Part shown: positions 22,251 through 24,000 of the stretch, one piece after another
Numbering within the stretch: the first letter of the stretch is position 1
Layout of the letters: every line of letters begins with the position of its first letter
Source: Acidimicrobiales bacterium
GTDB taxonomy: Bacteria; Actinomycetota; Acidimicrobiia; Acidimicrobiales; Ilumatobacteraceae
Assembly: GCA_038213195.1 (NCBI GenBank)
Contig: JBBQTN010000044.1
Span: forward strand, 4,767 to 28,766
Reading direction: 5' to 3'
Length of the DNA: 24,000 bases
Notes under the pieces: generated by a model
The model's database searches: none
The model's input: the letters and a program-made list of their open reading frames with translations, nothing else
What the model was told of the DNA's origin: nothing
Program-made: the position numbers and the translations under genes

Positions 22251-23681
22251 ATGGCCGACGTCACTCTCCCGCAGCTCGGTGAGACCGTCACAGAAGGCAC
22301 GATCACGAAGTGGTTCAAGGCCGTCGGCGATGCGGTCGCGGCCGACGAACCGCTGTTCGAGGTGAGCACCGACAAGGTCGACACCGAGGTGCCATCGCCG
22401 ATCGCGGGCACCTTGAGCGAGATCCGCGCCCAGGAAGGCGACACCGTGCCGGTCGGCGCGGTGATCGCCGTCGTCGGCGACAGTGCGGCACCCGGGGCGA
22501 CCGCCGCTGCGCCCGCGGCCCAGCCGTCCCAGGCCCAGGCAAGCCCCGCCGCCCCGCCGGCCACGGAACCCGTCGTCGAGTCGCTCGAACCGGAACCGGC
22601 GGCCGAGGTCGCCGCGCCGGCACCCGCCGCCGCGTCGACCCCGGGGGCCGCCACGGCGCAACCACCGCCCCGACCGGCCGGGACCAACGGCGCGCCGTCC
22701 GACGCGCGGCTGCTCTCGCCGGTCGTGCGCCGCCTGGTCGCCGAGCACGGCCTCGACCCCGACGACATCACGGGCACCGGCCCGGGCGGACGAATCACCC
22801 GCGACGACGTGCTCGACCACATCGACAAGCTCGGCGCCGCCCCCGCGCCGGCGGCTGCGCAGACCGCACCGGCGGCGAACGGACCGGCTCCTGCGGCGCG
22901 TCCCGCCGCGCCCGCTCCGGCGGCGCGCGCCGCCGCGCCCGTCGTCGCTCCCGTCGTCGCTCCCGGCGAGCGTGATTCGACGGTCAAGCTGTCCAAGATC
23001 CGCAAGCTCACCGGCGCGCACATGCTGATGAGCCAGAGCGTGTCGCCGCACTCGTTCAGCGTGGTCGAGGTCGACTACGCCAACGTCGACGTGACCCGCT
23101 CCGCCCACAAGGCGGAGTGGAAGCGGACGGAGGGGTTCAGCGTGACCTACCTGCCGTTCATCACCCGGGCGGTGGTCGAAGCGCTCGAAGCGTTCCCGCT
23201 GATGAACGCGAGCATCGCCGGCGAGGAGATCGTCGTGCACAACTACATCGACATGGGCATCGCCGTCGACCTCGACTACGAGGGGTTGATCGTGCCGGTC
23301 ATCCGCGGCGCCGACGGCAAGCGGCTGCGCGCCATCGCTCGCGAGATCAGCGATCTCGCGCTCCGCGCCCACAGCAAGAAGCTCGGCCCGGACGAGATCA
23401 GCGGCGGCACGTTCACGATCACGAACAACGGCTCGGCCGGCAGCGTGCTGACGATGCCGATCATCAACCAACCGCAGGCGGCGATCCTCTCGACGGACGC
23501 GATCGCGCGCAAGCCGGTCGTCGTCACACTCCCGAACGGCAGTGAGGCGATCGCGATCCACCCGGTCGGCAACCTGGCGATGGCCTGGGACCACCGTGCG
23601 TTCGACGGCGCCTACGCCGCCGGCTTCCTGGTGAAGGTGAAGCAGCTGCTCGAAACCCGCGACTGGTCGCAGGAGCTGTGA
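22251..23681 (+). CDS. sucB: Dihydrolipoamide acyltransferase E2 (one lipoyl domain, PSBD and catalytic domain)
   Basis: The lipoyl domain is LFEVSTDKVDTEVPSPIAG. The PSBD is LSPVVRRLVAEHGLDPDDITGTGPGGRITRDDV. The catalytic motif is DHRAFDG. Ala/Pro linkers lie between the domains. GAAGGAG lies upstream of the start. Confidence 0.95.
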   Translation: MADVTLPQLGETVTEGTITKWFKAVGDAVAADEPLFEVSTDKVDTEVPSPIAGTLSEIRAQEGDTVPVGAVIAVVGDSAAPGATAAAPAAQPSQAQASPAAPPATEPVVESLEPEPAAEVAAPAPAAASTPGAATAQPPPRPAGTNGAPSDARLLSPVVRRLVAEHGLDPDDITGTGPGGRITRDDVLDHIDKLGAAPAPAAAQTAPAANGPAPAARPAAPAPAARAAAPVVAPVVAPGERDSTVKLSKIRKLTGAHMLMSQSVSPHSFSVVEVDYANVDVTRSAHKAEWKRTEGFSVTYLPFITRAVVEALEAFPLMNASIAGEEIVVHNYIDMGIAVDLDYEGLIVPVIRGADGKRLRAIAREISDLALRAHSKKLGPDEISGGTFTITNNGSAGSVLTMPIINQPQAAILSTDAIARKPVVVTLPNGSEAIAIHPVGNLAMAWDHRAFDGAYAAGFLVKVKQLLETRDWSQEL

Positions 23682-23691
23682 GCACCCGGCC

Positions 23692-24000
23692 ATGAGCCCC
23701 ACCGCCCTGCACGTGCGTTGGCTCGGCAGGGTGCCTTATCGCGAGGCTCTGGCCGTGCAGCAGGCCATGTTCCGCCACGGCGCGCAACAGCACCTGCTGC
23801 TGCTCGAGCATCCGCACGTGTTCACCTACGGCCCGCGCACCGACCTGGCCGCCAACGTGAAGGTGGCGCCCGAGTCGGTCGACGCCGAGCTGGTGGCCGT
23901 GAAGCGTGGCGGCGACGTCACCTACCACGGCCCTGGCCAGCTGGTCGGGTACCCCATCGTCAACGTGCCGAACTCGCTGGGTGCGGGCGACCATGTGGCC
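23692..24000 (+). CDS. lipB: Octanoyltransferase LipB (5' part; continues beyond the window)
   Basis: My own translation from the ATG at 23692 reads MSPTALHVRWLGRVPYREALAVQQAMF...LLLLEHPHVFTYG...KRGGDVTYHGPGQLVGYP, which contains the LipB signature. It lies 10 nt after the sucB stop. Confidence 0.9.
   Translation, partial: MSPTALHVRWLGRVPYREALAVQQAMFRHGAQQHLLLLEHPHVFTYGPRTDLAANVKVAPESVDAELVAVKRGGDVTYHGPGQLVGYPIVNVPNSLGAGDHVA

Noticed and set aside
2135-23681. Separation of aceE from lpd-sucB by about 16 kb, considered as an anomaly
   Set aside because: Dispersed PDH/ODH component genes are normal in Actinomycetota, as is the lpd-sucB-lipB arrangement. This is not unusual.
20726-23702. 472-aa and 500-aa minus-strand ORFs antisense to lpd and sucB
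   Set aside because: These are mirror-frame artefacts of two highly recognisable genes. They have no motifs and a skewed Arg/Asp/Gly composition.
1-24000. Mobile elements, CRISPR arrays, tRNA/rRNA genes, toxin-antitoxin pairs or defence-island signatures
   Set aside because: I saw no short direct repeats with spacers, no integrase, transposase or recombinase motifs, no terminal inverted repeats flanking genes, and no compositional island. The only lower-GC stretches are short promoter regions. The window reads as syntenic core genome.

Overview
This is a high-G+C (by eye well above 65%), densely coding chromosomal window. It looks like Actinomycetota core genome. I found no tRNA or rRNA genes, CRISPR arrays, transposases, integrases or phage genes.

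Gene order, left to right:
- A cytoplasmic PAS-PAS sensor kinase (partial, minus strand, absent from the ORF track) and its NarL/LuxR response regulator.
- aceE (pyruvate dehydrogenase E1).
- A secreted SGNH hydrolase carrying three tandem ~105-aa repeats, head-to-head with an AT3-SGNH membrane O-acyltransferase whose stop overlaps the start of rnhA.
- An HSD10-like SDR and a DUF427 protein.
- Two tandem 45-nt palindromic elements.
- A MarR-plus-ArgJ-family operon, divergent from yceI.
- A YfcH-type epimerase.
- A 601-aa membrane-anchored protein of unknown function.
- A KimA/Rv2690c-type APC permease, divergent from two TrkA (CeoB/CeoC-like) RCK genes.
- A small OB-fold protein and a 144-aa exported protein.
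- lpd, sucB/dlaT and lipB (partial).

The long ORFs antisense to or out of frame with these genes are Arg/Pro/Gly-rich, which is the usual high-GC artefact.

I do not see a self-evident new system such as a defence island. The parts worth follow-up are:
- the SGNH / AT3-SGNH divergent pair, its triple repeat and the 14-bp-arm inverted repeat between the two genes;
- the MarR-coupled stand-alone ArgJ paralogue;
- the duplicated-module 601-aa envelope protein;
- the KimA-type permease paired with RCK proteins without a TrkH/KtrB partner in the window;
- the tandem palindromic intergenic element.

All family assignments come from reading motifs by eye. No database search was run.
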